In this document: positions 24,027-37,926 of the stretch, piece after piece
How the letters are laid out: the number at the start of each line of letters is the position of its first letter
How positions within the stretch are numbered: position 1 is the first letter of the stretch
Assembly (NCBI RefSeq): GCF_006345805.1
Contig: NC_043012.1
Location: 20,460,001-20,524,000 of the forward strand
Length of the DNA: 64,000 nucleotides
Reading direction: 5' to 3'
From: Octopus sinensis
Taxonomy: Eukaryota
The notes under the pieces: model-generated
The model's database searches: none
What the model was told of the DNA's origin: nothing
The model's input: only the letters and a program-made list of their open reading frames with translations
Program-made: the position numbers and the translations under genes

Positions 24027-26321
24027 TATACACATACACGTGTACTTACATACATACGTACATACATACATGGATAAATAGATGATCAATAGCTGTCTTC
24101 GTACTAATACATCTGATCCTCACTTCATAAAATAAATACCAAAAGATGTTGGGACAACCTACACTCCTGCCGCTGTCCTACATACACGTTGACAGGATTC
24201 GAGCAGCAGTAATTTCCCAAAAACCAACATCTGGTTATTCGTTTAGAGTTTTCAGTGCATTCACAAGTGTCTAATTAATCGCAGACTTCTGCGCATTGAA
24301 AGGTCACAGCTCCGTTCCTACGGGCATAAGATTAGAACGTCTCAAGAAAGACTCCGAAAACGTATCATTTATGCCGAGCGAAGCCCAGCAGACCTACGAT
24401 TGACCAAGAACGACATGGATTCCTAATAACTTTAGCCTCGATCGTTCATGCCGACGTTTATATAAATCTGCTTATATTATTAAAGGTATGTATGAATAGG
24501 GACATATCTTCACATGTACATGTTTCGAAGTTGCATATCTTTTTTTAGCTTTGTCTTTGAATACCTATGTATCGTTTTATAAAGTATGTCTTGAAATGTA
24601 TTTTTATCATTTTGCCCTTGGTTTGGTTGTACGATTTGATTTTGATATCCTGGAATGTAAATAAATGCAGGTGTAAGCAAATTACTAGTTGTAATAAATT
24701 TAACTGGTGCATACATTAACAAGTTAAGAAGACTCTCTAATTAAGTCATGCTTTACAAACCCAGAACAAAAGAGGCCAGAATTCATTAGAACCAGTAGTT
24801 TGATGAGTAAATTAGTCAGCCTTTATTAGATGTCAAATGTAATATATTTAGTTACCATACGAAATATTATTATCACTGTGTCTTCTCGATAAATTATGGG
24901 GAAATCACTCAAGGAAATCAATATCATATATCATTGTTGTAATAACAGGTTTACCACAAATCGAACATATGGCATCCCTTCTTGCCAATAATATCTACAT
25001 TTCTAATTATATATGTACGTAAGTGCTCTTTCCTTCGAATCCATTATCAATTGATTTCTTACTTAGGCACAAAAACTTAAAATTACAGAGGGAAATCGAT
25101 TTGTGACGCTCATGCATTTCTTGGTATTATTTATAGCGTAAATGACATTCAAAATTCTCAGCCGCTTAACACGTTTTCGAAGATGTCAATGTATGTGAGT
25201 GTATTTGTGTTTTAATGACTCTACTTATATAAACATTTTGCGTAGGTAGAAGCATGGCTAATGAGACAGAATTTCTGATATATTCTGAATAAGTTAATGA
25301 AGACGAACAAAGACTGTGAAATTCACTGTCTTTTGTCAGTAACGAAACTTCATCAAAAATCAATAGTTATATATTCCATTCAAATTCTGCGATTCACATC
25401 TTATATTTCAATTCTAAAACAAAGAATGAAATATGTATTTAGTTTCTCAACACATTCTCTCATATCCAATTATCATTAAACATTAGGAAGTCCTTAACCG
25501 TTAAGACATGTTCATACGTGCAGCCTTAAGTAATATTGTATGAATTTATTCAGGATATACAAACAATAAAATATATTTACACATGACTCGCAATCACATT
25601 GAGAAAAAGGCTTTCAAAATAAACACAACGAATTCTTTGTGAGATTCTATTTATACTGATTTATCTCTCTAATTGATTATGATTTCCTTACGCTGTACCA
25701 AAACTGAATTCTTCCCTTTAAAACATTTTAATGAGATTAGAATATAATCTTGATTAGTTCTAAAAGTCAGTTACACAGAAGGACAATCGATTTCCAATTT
25801 AAGAGTATTATTTAAATTATAAAAGCAACGAAATAGCAATTTTTGTATCTTACATAAAGCAGCTACATCACTAACAGTCCGATAAACTGAGGCATTTATT
25901 TCGATATATCATCTCTTACAGTCTATAGATTAAAAACACAGAGATATATCAGTGGTAGGCGGAAATCGTCAAGTAGCAAAGGTGACATTCCCAAATTCAT
26001 AATTCTGCCTCATTGCTTTACGTCAGTAGCAAATATTCACGGACAGCTGCGGGCAAAGACAAATTAGCCGCTACAGATACTAAATAGCAATGCAGTGATT
26101 GAGAAATTGCCGAAGTCGCAATTAGCTAGCATGACGAATAAAATTTAGTTATTTGTGACCCAAGCAGAATTAGTTTAAAACAGAAATCTGGATATCCTAC
26201 TTAAAGAAGATACATCGTGCATTTTTTTGGTTTCTCGATTGACTAGGCAAACATCGGCAGCTGAATAAGAAAAGTCAGAAGTTGTTAATATTTTATAATT
26301 ATATATTAAACCTCATTAAAT

Positions 26322-26604
26322 ATGTGAAGTATATATGCCACACAAATGTGGCTAACCACTAAGGGTGGATGCTACTGTAGCTTGTAGCACCAGGAGAACA
26401 TCTTCTCCAGCTGGCTATTGACACACTTTCTGTGCCCTATCAGTATTTGCAAAGGGAAGCCATACTTCCCATCGTCGATCTGACGTAATACATACAGATC
26501 TGGGTTTCTGGATATTTACCGTCGTCAGCGCACCTGGGGCTACAAGCTACAGTAGCATCCCCCTTAGTGGTTAGCCATATTTAAGTGCTAAATATACTTC
26601 ACAT
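26322..26604. mobile_element. Foldback/MITE-like element with ~70-bp terminal inverted repeats
   Basis: ATGTGAAGTATAT...TGGCTAACCACTAAGGG(T)GGATGCTACTGTAGCTTGTAGC(A/C)CCAGG on the left is mirrored at about 26533-26604; no coding capacity. Confidence 0.8.
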
Positions 26605-27596
26605 TGTCGTGCAGCTACTATAAACTTCGTTCAGAGATTAATTATTTCTCATTAAATATTTTTAAAGAGAACAAGAACATTATTTTCCTTACTCATTAAT
26701 TGCGATATCATAGATTTCTGACATTAGAGTTGCACTCGTAACAGAAGAGATTTGAATGTAACAAATTAGCTGAATACAACATGTTTTCTTCTGATAGTGG
26801 TGATGGTGGTGATTTGGATCGATTAGCTTTAAGCTTTTGTCAGTAATAATTTAGCTGAGGTATGATCAGCTGTGACAATCCTTGATAATTTAGGGTGATT
26901 ATACTAAACTATATTATCTCATGCGTAAAAGATAGGAATACATCTTGGCATATGTTCTTTCGCTTTTTTTCAGGTAACAATTCGGTTTATGCGGTAAATT
27001 TGCTTGTTATTTCTGGCAGAACAAGCGACCATATCCATGATTTTCTCAGGTTTCTTTTGTGCTTGTCCGTTTCCATTTTACTAAATCATTAATGTAGATT
27101 CAATCGATTTTGTTAAACGTAATTCCATGCAAATTTTATTCATTCTAAGATCTTCTCATGAACTAAGCTAACAATCATACATAGACACAAACGCACGAAC
27201 TCGCACACACATACATACGTACATACATATATACATGCATACATGCATATATGTGTGTTTTGGTCTGTATGTGTCTTAATACGTTCACATTATTCCAGAA
27301 TTCATACGTATGCTTCCATCAGTTATATTGATTATGTAGTCAACATAGACCAAGTTCCTAAACGGTGAAGGAAATAGTATATCAGACAGCATTCTTTGTT
27401 GTGTTACAACTAATTTTTCGCAATTCATATTTACTCCAGCATGGGTCCGGTTTCTGTTGATAATATGAGCACAGTCAAATTTTTCTATGAAATCACTCCT
27501 ATGACTACTACACAGGCATACTCTCACACGCACAGACAAATATATACATACATGTATGTCTGTGTCTATCCATCTAATTATCTATCTATGTATCTA

Positions 27597-27667
<71 letters not shown>

Positions 27668-27689
27668 ATATATATATATATATATTCAG

Positions 27690-28290
27690 ATGAATATGGT
27701 ACTTAAGTTCAGGCGCCAGAACTTACAAAATAGCACCAAGGATATCCAGAGGTAATGCAATACGATCGTTTCATGCAACTCCATTTAATTGAATAATGCA
27801 ATCATTACATCAATTTAAATTGCAGATCAATCTTCAGCTTCACAAAGACATGGAATTCAATTAAATTAGGACAGATAGACACATTATTATAATTATACCT
27901 AAAATCCCCAATAAGTTAAGGAGATAGACAAAGAACATGCTATCTCACTCTAATAAAAAAAACATTATGGATTATTGTCCCAGTACATATACGGGCATGG
28001 AATCTATTTTTATTCCTGATGACGCAGAGGCGATTTTATATGATAATACGATTGAAGTGGAGTTAGAAAATAATGATGTGAGCATAACATACTTGATAAC
28101 GAAATTATTAATAGCGAAATTATTAACAATAAAAATAGGAATAATAATTTAAATTTTAATAATACTAATATTAATAATAATAATTCTCCAAGTTGCAATT
28201 GTAGAGTTGAATCCCACTGTCCGTTGTTAGGCTGGTGTCTTACCCAGAACGTAGTATATAAATACACAATAATAACTACAACTACCAAAA
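27690..28290 (+). mobile_element. Decayed PLE linker region with CxC-x5-C motif
   Basis: SHSNKKNIM...NNNSPSCNCRVESHCPLLGWCLTQNVVYK (CxC starts at 28194); 27700-27935 is homologous to the reverse complement of 61915-62120. Confidence 0.65.
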
Positions 28291-28569
28291 TTAAGAGGAC
28301 GGAAAACTTTAAAAAAGGGATACAAAAAATTAGTTACTAAAATTATTTTAAACAATATGTCATTATTGTATAGAGTTAAAATTCAGGGTTATCAGGAAGA
28401 TTTATTATTAAGGTGAGAGAACAAATTTACTAAAGGCAATTATAAAGTATTAAAATGATCGGATAGGGTAGAAACACCATAGAAAAGGATATAAAATAGC
28501 TTAAGCACTAAAATCATGATGAAGTATATATACACTTTAGTAACATCAATAAAGAAGATTTATAGAAAA
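28290..28569 (+). repeat. Unclassified AT-rich interspersed repeat, copy 1
   Basis: 28290-28440 is an inverted copy of 29675-29830; 28450-28569 matches the reverse complement of about 30070-30190. Confidence 0.75.
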
Positions 28570-29665
28570 CTAGCAGCATAACACGGCTTTGCCCGGGATT
28601 ATGTTACGATTATTAAGCTAATCAAGTTTTATTTCAAACCAAACTAAGTAATATCGACGTAGAAATTTGGGCGAAATACGTTGAAATTGGTTTACATATA
28701 TTGTATATGTTTTTTGCACGCATACATGTTCATAAACAGAAATGAATGGAAAAAAAAATGTTGGTAAATTTGCAGATCAACACTTGTACGATTTTCATTA
28801 AGAAAAAAAATCGGTTTTTTTGCGTGGAATCAACTACTCTGGCCTCCTAATATGCTACAAAACCCTTTTGTGGTCCATAAAACGGAGTGGGGTGTGGTGG
28901 ATGCCTCGCAAATCGTACCCAATTATATTGTGTAATTCACTGACAAACTATTACCTACCTCTTTGTTGTTAAATACATGGATTCTCAACAAAACACATTT
29001 TTACTCGGCGTAAAATAAAAACAAAACTCTTTCGCACCCAAAGTAATGTGTGAGAGAGAGAGAGAGAGGGAGAAAAAGATGAACAATTTAAAATAAATAA
29101 ATGATTTAAAATAAATTTATTGTAATTGTTGTGTGAGAAAGTATATATAATCTGATTATAAAATATAGTGTCTTTCAAAAACATTCTAAATTTGAACACA
29201 TCTCATGTTTAAGAAAAAACAAAACATTTTACATTTAATTTTTTATGAACGATGTCACTTACCCTCCCCTTCTTTCTCTCTCACTTTTTCTTTGCCTTTT
29301 TTTGGTTAGACGCTGTCTCTTCCTTCCTTTTTTGTTAGACGTTGTGAAACACTCTCCCTCACACACACACACATACATCAACACACATTTTCTCTCTCTA
29401 CCTCACACATACACTTTCGCTTGGCTATGGCTAGAAGGGACTTAACCCATGTTAGCAACCTTCAAAATTGGTAAGAGCTCTGGCTGAAAATAGAGTTTTA
29501 TCGCTATCCGCAGGTGCCTCGGGAAAAAAAAAATAAGTTGACAAAACCCAGGTATGGGGGGTGACGAATGTCGTTCTAAAATTGGAGCGATATGCGTGCT
29601 AATTTGTGGACGTGCAAAAAGTAAAATCTCGTACACACACACACACACATCATGCCTTTTATAGA
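28570..29665 (-). mobile_element. Non-autonomous Helitron-like element
   Basis: Minus strand starts TC (TCTATAAAAGG) and ends CTAG after a degenerate GC hairpin (CCCGGGCAAAGCCGTG); sits between A and T; no TSD; internal microsatellites. Confidence 0.65.
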
Positions 29666-30606
29666 TACATATAAATTGCCTTTAGTAAATTTGGTCTCTC
29701 ACCTCAATGATAAATCTTCCTGATAACCCTAAATTTTAACTTTATACAATTATGACATATTGTTTAAAATAGTTTTAGTAACTAAGTTTTTTATCCCTTT
29801 TTAAAGTGTCCGTCCTCTTAATTTTGTTATTTATATTGGCTTTATACAAACAGCCCTTCGAATTAAGTACCCCTAAGAAACTGCAATATCATTTATGGAT
29901 TATCAGAAATAACTTTTGAAATCTATATTATACCACTTAATTTAATATTAGAATATGATTAGCATGTCCTTTTAACAACATTTATTCTTTTAACCAATAC
30001 CGGGTTTCAGTCCTCATTATAATAAGCTAAATAAGTTAATAAACAATTTTTAGCTCATAATACTTAAATTATTATAAATTTTCTATAAATACTTGCTATT
30101 GAAGTTAATAAGTTATGGATATTTTATTATGGTTTTTAGTGATTATGCTGTTTTTATTCATTTTCTATGATGCTCTACCCTAACTGATCATTTTATTTTT
30201 GTTATTACTATTATATTATAATAGCCTTAACTAAATCTAATCCTTGTACCCCTATTAATTCGTACTCAAGTAATAACGGTATGTCGACAATTTAAGATAG
30301 TTCAATTTAATTAAATCAGTTTATAGTTAACATGTTCTTTAACCTCAGTTGCTCCCTTATTAAATACCAGTTAAATCCAATTGACCAATTTCCATAGAAA
30401 CCATATAATAAGTTGATATTTAGAGAAGTAATAACTACACAGGCGCAGGAGTGGCTGTGTGGTAAGTAGCTTGCTTACCAACCACATGGTTCCGGGTTCA
30501 GTCCCACTGCGTGACACCTTGGGCAAGTGTCTTCTGCTATAGCCTCGGGCCGACCAATGCCTTGTGAGTGGATTTAGCAGACGGAAACTGAAAGAAGCTT
30601 GTCGTA

Positions 30607-30669
<63 letters not shown>

Positions 30670-31020
30670 TCATATGTTTGTGTGTCTGTATTGTGTTTGT
30701 CACCCTAGCATTGCTTGACAACCGATGCTGGTGTGTTTACGTCCCCGTCACTTAGCGGTTCGGCAAAAGAGACCGATAGAATAAGTACTGGGCTTACAAA
30801 GAATAAGTCCCGGGGGCGATTTGCTCGACTAAAGTTGGTGCTCCAGCATGGCCGCAGTCAAATGACTGAAACAAGTAAAAGAGTAAAAGAGAGAGTATTA
30901 AACTATTTCTTTGCAATTTTCTTTTCCTCCTATTGTGGTAAAAATTTCTTATATATTCAAAATATTCAAATATTCAAATATACCTTTTGTCATAATTTGG
31001 TATATACTCAAAATATTGAA
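29666..31020 (-). repeat. Unclassified AT-rich interspersed repeat, copy 2, interrupted by a SINE
   Basis: Colinear with 61070-61590 on both sides of the SINE at 30442-30890 (AACATGTTCTTT.ACCTCAGT; TATTAAACTATTTCTT...CTTTTCCTCC). Confidence 0.75.
30442..30890 (+). mobile_element. SINE family 1, full length, young
   Basis: Near-identical to 13182-13590 outside the microsatellite. Confidence 0.9.
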
Positions 31021-31030
31021 AATATTCAAA

Positions 31031-31449
31031 ATATTAGCTCGGCGATAACTATTAATATCCAATACCGCTGCCGTAGTCTCCTTTAGAGGGTATTAGAAAT
31101 AATGATATTTTTATTTTTGAAAACCAGTGGATGTATACCACTGAATTTAGGTAAATAATCTTTCGAACAGACGGACATTAGCGACACCTACTCAGTTCGG
31201 CTGCTCTACATTGATAAGGGGCAAATACTCTGAAACTAGTCTGCAGATGCCTGACCAGCAAGGGGAAACGGCTGACCTCCCCTGTTCGAAGTTTATAATG
31301 GACACAGGTTTGTGTGTCACATAGCTAGCTAGAGGCGATGGCCCCTTGGAGCTAATAAACGACAGCATTCGTCCTAATTTTCTGGACAGTCATATTAGCT
31401 TGACGATAACTATCAATATCCATTACCACAGTCGTAGTCTCCTTTAGAG
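31031..31449 (+). mobile_element. Retrozyme-like / PLE pseudo-LTR unit (361-bp period)
   Basis: 58-bp direct repeats at 31031-31088 and 31392-31449 (7 mismatches) enclosing a decayed hammerhead. Confidence 0.6.
31205..31247 (+). ncRNA. Degenerate minimal type I hammerhead ribozyme
   Basis: TCTACA-TTGATAA-GGGG(CAAATA)CTCT-GAAA-CTAG-TC-TGCAGA; core reads UUGAUAA instead of CUGAUGA; palindromic stem III ACTAGT. Confidence 0.65.
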
Positions 31450-31452
31450 AGA

Positions 31453-31509
<57 letters not shown>

Positions 31510-31513
<4 letters not shown>

Positions 31514-31735
31514 CTTTACTGCCCACAAGGGGCTAAACATAGAGGGGACAAACAAAGACAGACAAACGGATTAAGTCGATTACAATGACCCCAGTGTGAA
31601 ACTGGTACTTAATTTATCGCCCCCGAAAGGATGAAAGGCAAAGTCGACCTCAGCGTAATTTGAACTCAGAACGTAACGACAGACGAAATACCGCTAAGCA
31701 TTTCACCCGGCGCGCTAACGATTCTGCCGCACACA
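31510..31735 (-). mobile_element. SINE family 2
   Basis: Reverse complement of the consensus seen at 41870-42090. Confidence 0.85.
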
Positions 31736-31765
31736 CACATACATGCATCCATATTTGTATGTATT

Positions 31766-32060
<295 letters not shown>

Positions 32061-34066
32061 CATGCATATATGAGTTTTTGTATCCACTGAAACAATGGCG
32101 GTATACATTGCAGTAAAAATCACGGAGAAATACACAGTGCATGGACATTTACACGAAACAGCTTCCTTATCGACTTTATTGGTTGGTAAAACTCTTGTTT
32201 CTGCGTTGTTGTACCTCATCATTTGCAAAACTTACATCACTTCTGTTATATTTTCTCCGGTAACAAATTCTCTCCTTATACTCATATAGGGAAAACTGCG
32301 TTTGCTAGCATGTGCGAAGCTTTGTCATGTTACAATTAATTGATCCTAAATTGAGGAAGCAGTGACGCATAAAACATAGTTGTATACTCGTATATTCAAC
32401 ATATCTACTGCAGTAATATATGTGGCGCTGACATCTGCCGTGTGGATTTTCATGTGTAGAAACACAACCAATAAACTAAGGATGACATCATTAGCCTGTA
32501 AGGCACTTGTTCTGATCGTTCAACTTTCATTACTTGCAGGTACCGCTTTAGTCTGCCATATGCCAGTTCTGTTTCATTTTAATATTGAGCAGTTCCATAA
32601 CTGATGAAGAGTAACCAGCCAGAAAGATATTTCTCATTGTATAGATATCATTCAGAGCAAAACATTTTAGTTTATATATACGTATATAATGTACAACAGA
32701 ATAGCATGTCCGAGACAATAAGCAAATGTCTTACCATTTTGAGGGAAAACGGCTACAACTGCAGTCACTCACAGCGCAGGGTTATCTATAGCTATACACT
32801 GCCTTATATCTTCATTGTAGTACTTTATGTTCTAGCAGCGAAACCTATGTAAATTTTGTTCACAAATTACAAAGCATTTGAAGTGGAGAGAAATATTTAT
32901 GTGACCTATATATTTTCATTGATCTGAATTTGTGTCTTTGCAATATTCAGAAAACCAAGTGGTATTTAGAACAGGACGGAACATTCTCGCGTACACGAAT
33001 GGTATTTGGTCGGGAAAAGTGTTTATTTTTATTAGGCAGTCAAGAAAAAGTCGTTAACCAATGTGGACAGCATTGGCATATTTCATTCAATCTTACCAAT
33101 TATAAAAAAAACACATTTAATATAACAGAATTGATGAGAATATTACATACTGTTGTGATATAAGTAGAATTACAAAACAATCTTTCAGCTTATTTTACAG
33201 CTGTCTCTATTCAATAACACCATATACCGCAATGCTTATTGAAATGTAGTGATACTACCAACATTTAGCGTACCAGGCTGTACACTTCAAGACGACAAAA
33301 AGACGACAAAAATATGAACATTCAAGTGTAACATAATGGGCTAGATTTTGCCATGGACGAAAAAAAGTAATAAAAAAATCCCGTTGATGACCGCCATCAG
33401 GTGTATGTGACTGTCACATCAATATCAAATAAAAGAAATTATATAGAAAACGAATGACAATATACAGGCCTTGTATAGAGATTTTCATATGTATGTATTA
33501 TCATAGATGCATTGGGCAGTGTAAAAACAAATATCGTAAAAATACTGCAAATGCCACAGCTCATGAAGGAAGCGAAAAAAACAAACAGATATGAATTTTC
33601 AAAATACAATTGATTCGCGGTAGAATGAAAATTTGTAAAGCATTTCGGAAATTCTCAATTTGAGCACATTTTGGTAGAACGTAGACTCAACATTACATGA
33701 ATATAAGTCATATATATACATACACACATACACACATACACACATACTGAAGCATACACGTATTTGTGTATTAAAAATCAGAGAAACATCAATGATGAGT
33801 GCAAATTGATCCATGCACGCAAATGCATATAGACATCCACTGAAGTAGAAACACAAGCACAGACACAGAGAGCGATTGCGGTCTAAGCAATCCTGATAAT
33901 GACCGGCTTAGAATCGCCAAAGCAAAACACTTAGCAAAATCTCTAAAGTGCATACGTATCCGCAAATATAATTACTCACATTCATATATATACGCAATAT
34001 TATTTGTATAGATATATGTAAGAATAAAATGCGTGTGTGTTTTTACGTCTAGATTTCATAATTTCA

Positions 34067-34111
<45 letters not shown>

Positions 34112-35884
34112 GTCAACTTATATATATATATATATATATATACATTGCAGAGAAACAGAAAATGCTTGAGTTTAAGGTTGTGTTTGTGTATCTATTGGTA
34201 TATAGCTTCCTACATATTATAGGTGCTTGAAAACTAAAATTTTCCACCAAAATGTGGGTGGATCAATGCTTTTAGCGAGGAATTTGACTGTGTGTTGGTC
34301 AAAATAATTTCATTTTTGATGTCGACGTCAGTTTTCAGGATATGTGTAATCGTTAATAAAGGAGGCTAGTTTATCAATATATCCGTAGAATTTTTACTTG
34401 TTATATGGAATCTTTCTTCATCTATAAATAATGCGAGACGGTCTAGATGTGCACAGCTTTTCATGCGACCGTTTCGGCGGTTTTCTGAGGACAAGTGAAT
34501 CGAGATATCGAATCCTAGATTTGAGGGATATTCTTGAAGAAATCGTTGATGGTACCTGGAAACCAGAAAGGAAATCGCATTTGAAATACGTGCCGTATCA
34601 GCTGAGAGAAACGATAGGAAAATGATAGGAGAAGCGGCTCTGTCGATGCATGATGCCATTGAGTATCAATAATTTTCATCTTAAAAAGTGATACATGTAT
34701 ATATTCGGATGTTCCAGTTTCTTATGAAGACTTAGTATCACATTTGTCTGAATAGTAAATTGTTATTTCACACAGTTAAGCTATCACTAATGATTTTTTT
34801 CTGTAATTACATCTGTTTCTTTTCGTTTCTTCGTATTCCAAGGGGAAACATTTAGATAAAGCGTGTGGTCTCTTTTAAATTATGATATCCTTCCCTGTAT
34901 GTTTTATACAAAAGGAACCAAATCTTTCGCAAATAGTATTTGTCTTTATACAAGCGTATAGATATATATCTCCGTGAACGTTTCTTAGCTTTACATTAAA
35001 CATTGTTACGTATACAGTAATATAAATAGTTAAAGTTAATCACAACATAATATTTAACCTAGAATCAACCGACTCTTAGAATATTGATTTATTGGTACTG
35101 AGCAAAACATAATAGCAAAAGGAATATGATTACGATGCCATCATTTGCGCAACTGATGAAATAAATAATTTCACTATCAAACAGAGAAACATCTCCTGGG
35201 ATAACTTCACACAGCTACCGCTTCAGCACAAAAGAAACCGATTATGAAAATATGAATTGATGAATCAAGTTTATTTCTTGATTTCAAATGCTGCATATAT
35301 ACACTTCATTTCCCTTAGGCTATTAATGTCCTCACTACAGGTATGAGTGTTGCACAATTCTGTTTCCCTTCCCTCTAGATCAGGATTAATTCGTCGGCTC
35401 AATAGAAATCAATTATTTTCAGTTCTATTTCAGAATGTATTAAAATCTTCATAAATTTTATGTTACGTGTTTACTGCTTTAACTAAACCCATCAATGCGT
35501 GTTTTAATCTGTAAACTTAGACTATGTAGAGTTAGATTTAAACGACTCCCTCAGCAACCACGTTTCTATTTGATCATCAGTTTCTAAGAATTACAAATAT
35601 GTGTAAATTAAGTATGTATTCATATACTGCAAAAGATAGGCAAAACTTTTGCTGAGGTGAGATATTTCTCTTACTTAAGCTAATAAAGCAAATATTTCGT
35701 AGCAACTTTTAGCGACGAAGAATGAAAAAACCGATATATAAATTCAATTATTTGTAAAACAATTTTTTAAGTTTCCTTCATGCAACAGGTAACAGAGAGT
35801 CGTCGATAGCGAAACATGGCCAACACGTATCTGCTTGTTCAATAAGCGAAGTTCTTCCTATTAAAAAAATACAGTAATATTAAT

Positions 35885-36075
35885 CTCTTCTACTAAAGGC
35901 CGAGAAGAGATAGTCGATTATATCGACACCAGTTCGTAACTGGTAGTTATTTTATCGATCCTCAAGGGATGGAATGCGAAGTCAACCTAGGCAGAATCTG
36001 AACTCAGAACGTAAAGGTGGACGGAATGGTTTTAAGCATTTTGCCCAGCAATACTGACGATTCTGCCAGCTCACC
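35885..36075 (-). mobile_element. SINE family 2, diverged
   Basis: GGTGAGCTGGCAGAATCGTCAG...TGAGTTCAGATTCTGCC...GATCGATAAAATAACTACCAG on the minus strand. Confidence 0.7.
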
Positions 36076-36224
36076 AATAATAATATCCAAAATGGTGCTA
36101 TTGTGAAAATTACTGCTTATTACTCGCCAGGGTTTATTCATAGCCTTTAGTCGATATATAAGACCATATGTCAATTTATCAAGATCATGATATATTGCAG
36201 GATATCAGATTCAAATTTTGGCTC

Positions 36225-36375
36225 GAGACCAGCAACATTGGTAGCGGGGATAACTTCATTACGTTGACGCCGGTGTTCAAATCAATGGTATTTTATGGTG
36301 ACCCCGAAAGGATGAAAATTAAAGTCGGCCTCGGTGGAACTTGAACACATACGATTCTGCCACCTCGCCGCCTTG
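36225..36375 (-). mobile_element. SINE family 2, diverged
   Basis: GGCGGCGAGGTGGCAGAATCGT...GTTCAAGTTCCACCGAGGCCGACTTTAATTTTCATCCTTTCGGGGTC on the minus strand. Confidence 0.7.
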
Positions 36376-37808
36376 ATGTGTTGCGTTTTCTTTAATTCTA
36401 ATATTGGTGCACTAACTCGCAAGATGGCTGTCAAAATTTTCTATGGTAGAATTTCAAAATACGATCTGACATACCGCAAGTACTGTGACGCAATTATTCC
36501 GCACAGTGCAGGAGTATTTTAGTATTGGTACTGCTTACTTGAAGTACAGAGACGTATTCTGTAATGAGAGTACTTTGATATAAAAACATATTGACAGAGT
36601 GAGAACTGTAAGAATGGAAAAAACCATGGCATGTCAGAAAAATAAACGAAGATTTCTTTATATGACTACATCCGTATAGAGTTTGTTCTGAAGTGCTGTC
36701 ATAAAAAAAAACAAATTTAGCTAATTGCTCAGAAATAGGCACTTATTAATTCACAAATTCGAACATGTACAGTTGGGTAAAGAAATAATGCATTTTTCTT
36801 TTCAGGAAAGCATATTTGACATTCGTTATCTTTCATTCCATTTATTGACCGAATAAGATAATATTGCCTTGTACTCTTGCAAATTTTATTATTTTATCTC
36901 GCATATTGTCATATATCTGCACATTGTTCGTATATGCATTTTTAACTTAGTATATATCTTAAGTAAAATATACACAACTAAAATTCGCATCAGAAAGACT
37001 AGACTGAAAGAACATTTGAAAAACCGAGTCAGTAAATTAATACAGAGGATTGAACGAATATGAAACAGAGCGTAAACATGGGAGACATTTTGTTTTGTGG
37101 TAGTTTCCATCTCGCTTACTGTTTCCTTCTAACTCTCTTTCAAACGTTAATATGTTTACTCGCTTTGCATATCTTCTACTATTAGTACTACTACTACTAC
37201 TAATATTACTAATTCTACTCATACGAATTATGCTACAAGCTCGCCTACTATATTTCTCTTTGAGATACTCGCAGTTCCTTTGTATCAGATATTTAGGCAC
37301 CATGTAAAATATGACCAACAACCAGTTTTACATAAATTTCAAATTCACACATTTCTCTAAAGACTTGCGCAACGAAAGTCATATTCTCGTTTTATTATCC
37401 TAGAAATATAAATGTGAAAACTATTATAAAATTCATTGTAATAATACGGACAGAACAACTGTAATACATATCTCTATCTTATCAATATTTATCGAATATT
37501 TTCTGAAATAGATGTCCACATGATTTTTCAAAGTATACGAAAGCTAAAAACAATCAACAGATTAAAGTATTCCGTGTAAAAAATGTTTCCCTGGTGGAAT
37601 ACAACCAACAAATAATAACAGAACACGTTATTTTTTCTGAATATTTACAAGTATACGATCATTCCCTTTCTTTTATATTCTTTCAGGAAAATGTAATCAA
37701 TAAAAAAAATACAAACAATGAAATTGTGTGTAAATAATCACGTAATGCACGCCAAAATACATATGGCTATATATAACTCCGGAAAGCCCACGTACTCAGA
37801 CACATATA

Positions 37809-37868
<60 letters not shown>

Positions 37869-37892
37869 TGTACGTACATACTCACATATATA

Positions 37893-37926
<34 letters not shown>

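Noticed and set aside
29666-30441. Possible mitochondrial insertion (NUMT), suggested by extreme AT richness
   Set aside because: No mitochondrial protein, tRNA or rRNA motif recognised; the sequence recurs as permuted copies at 28.3 and 61.1 kb like an interspersed repeat. BLAST against octopus mtDNA would settle it
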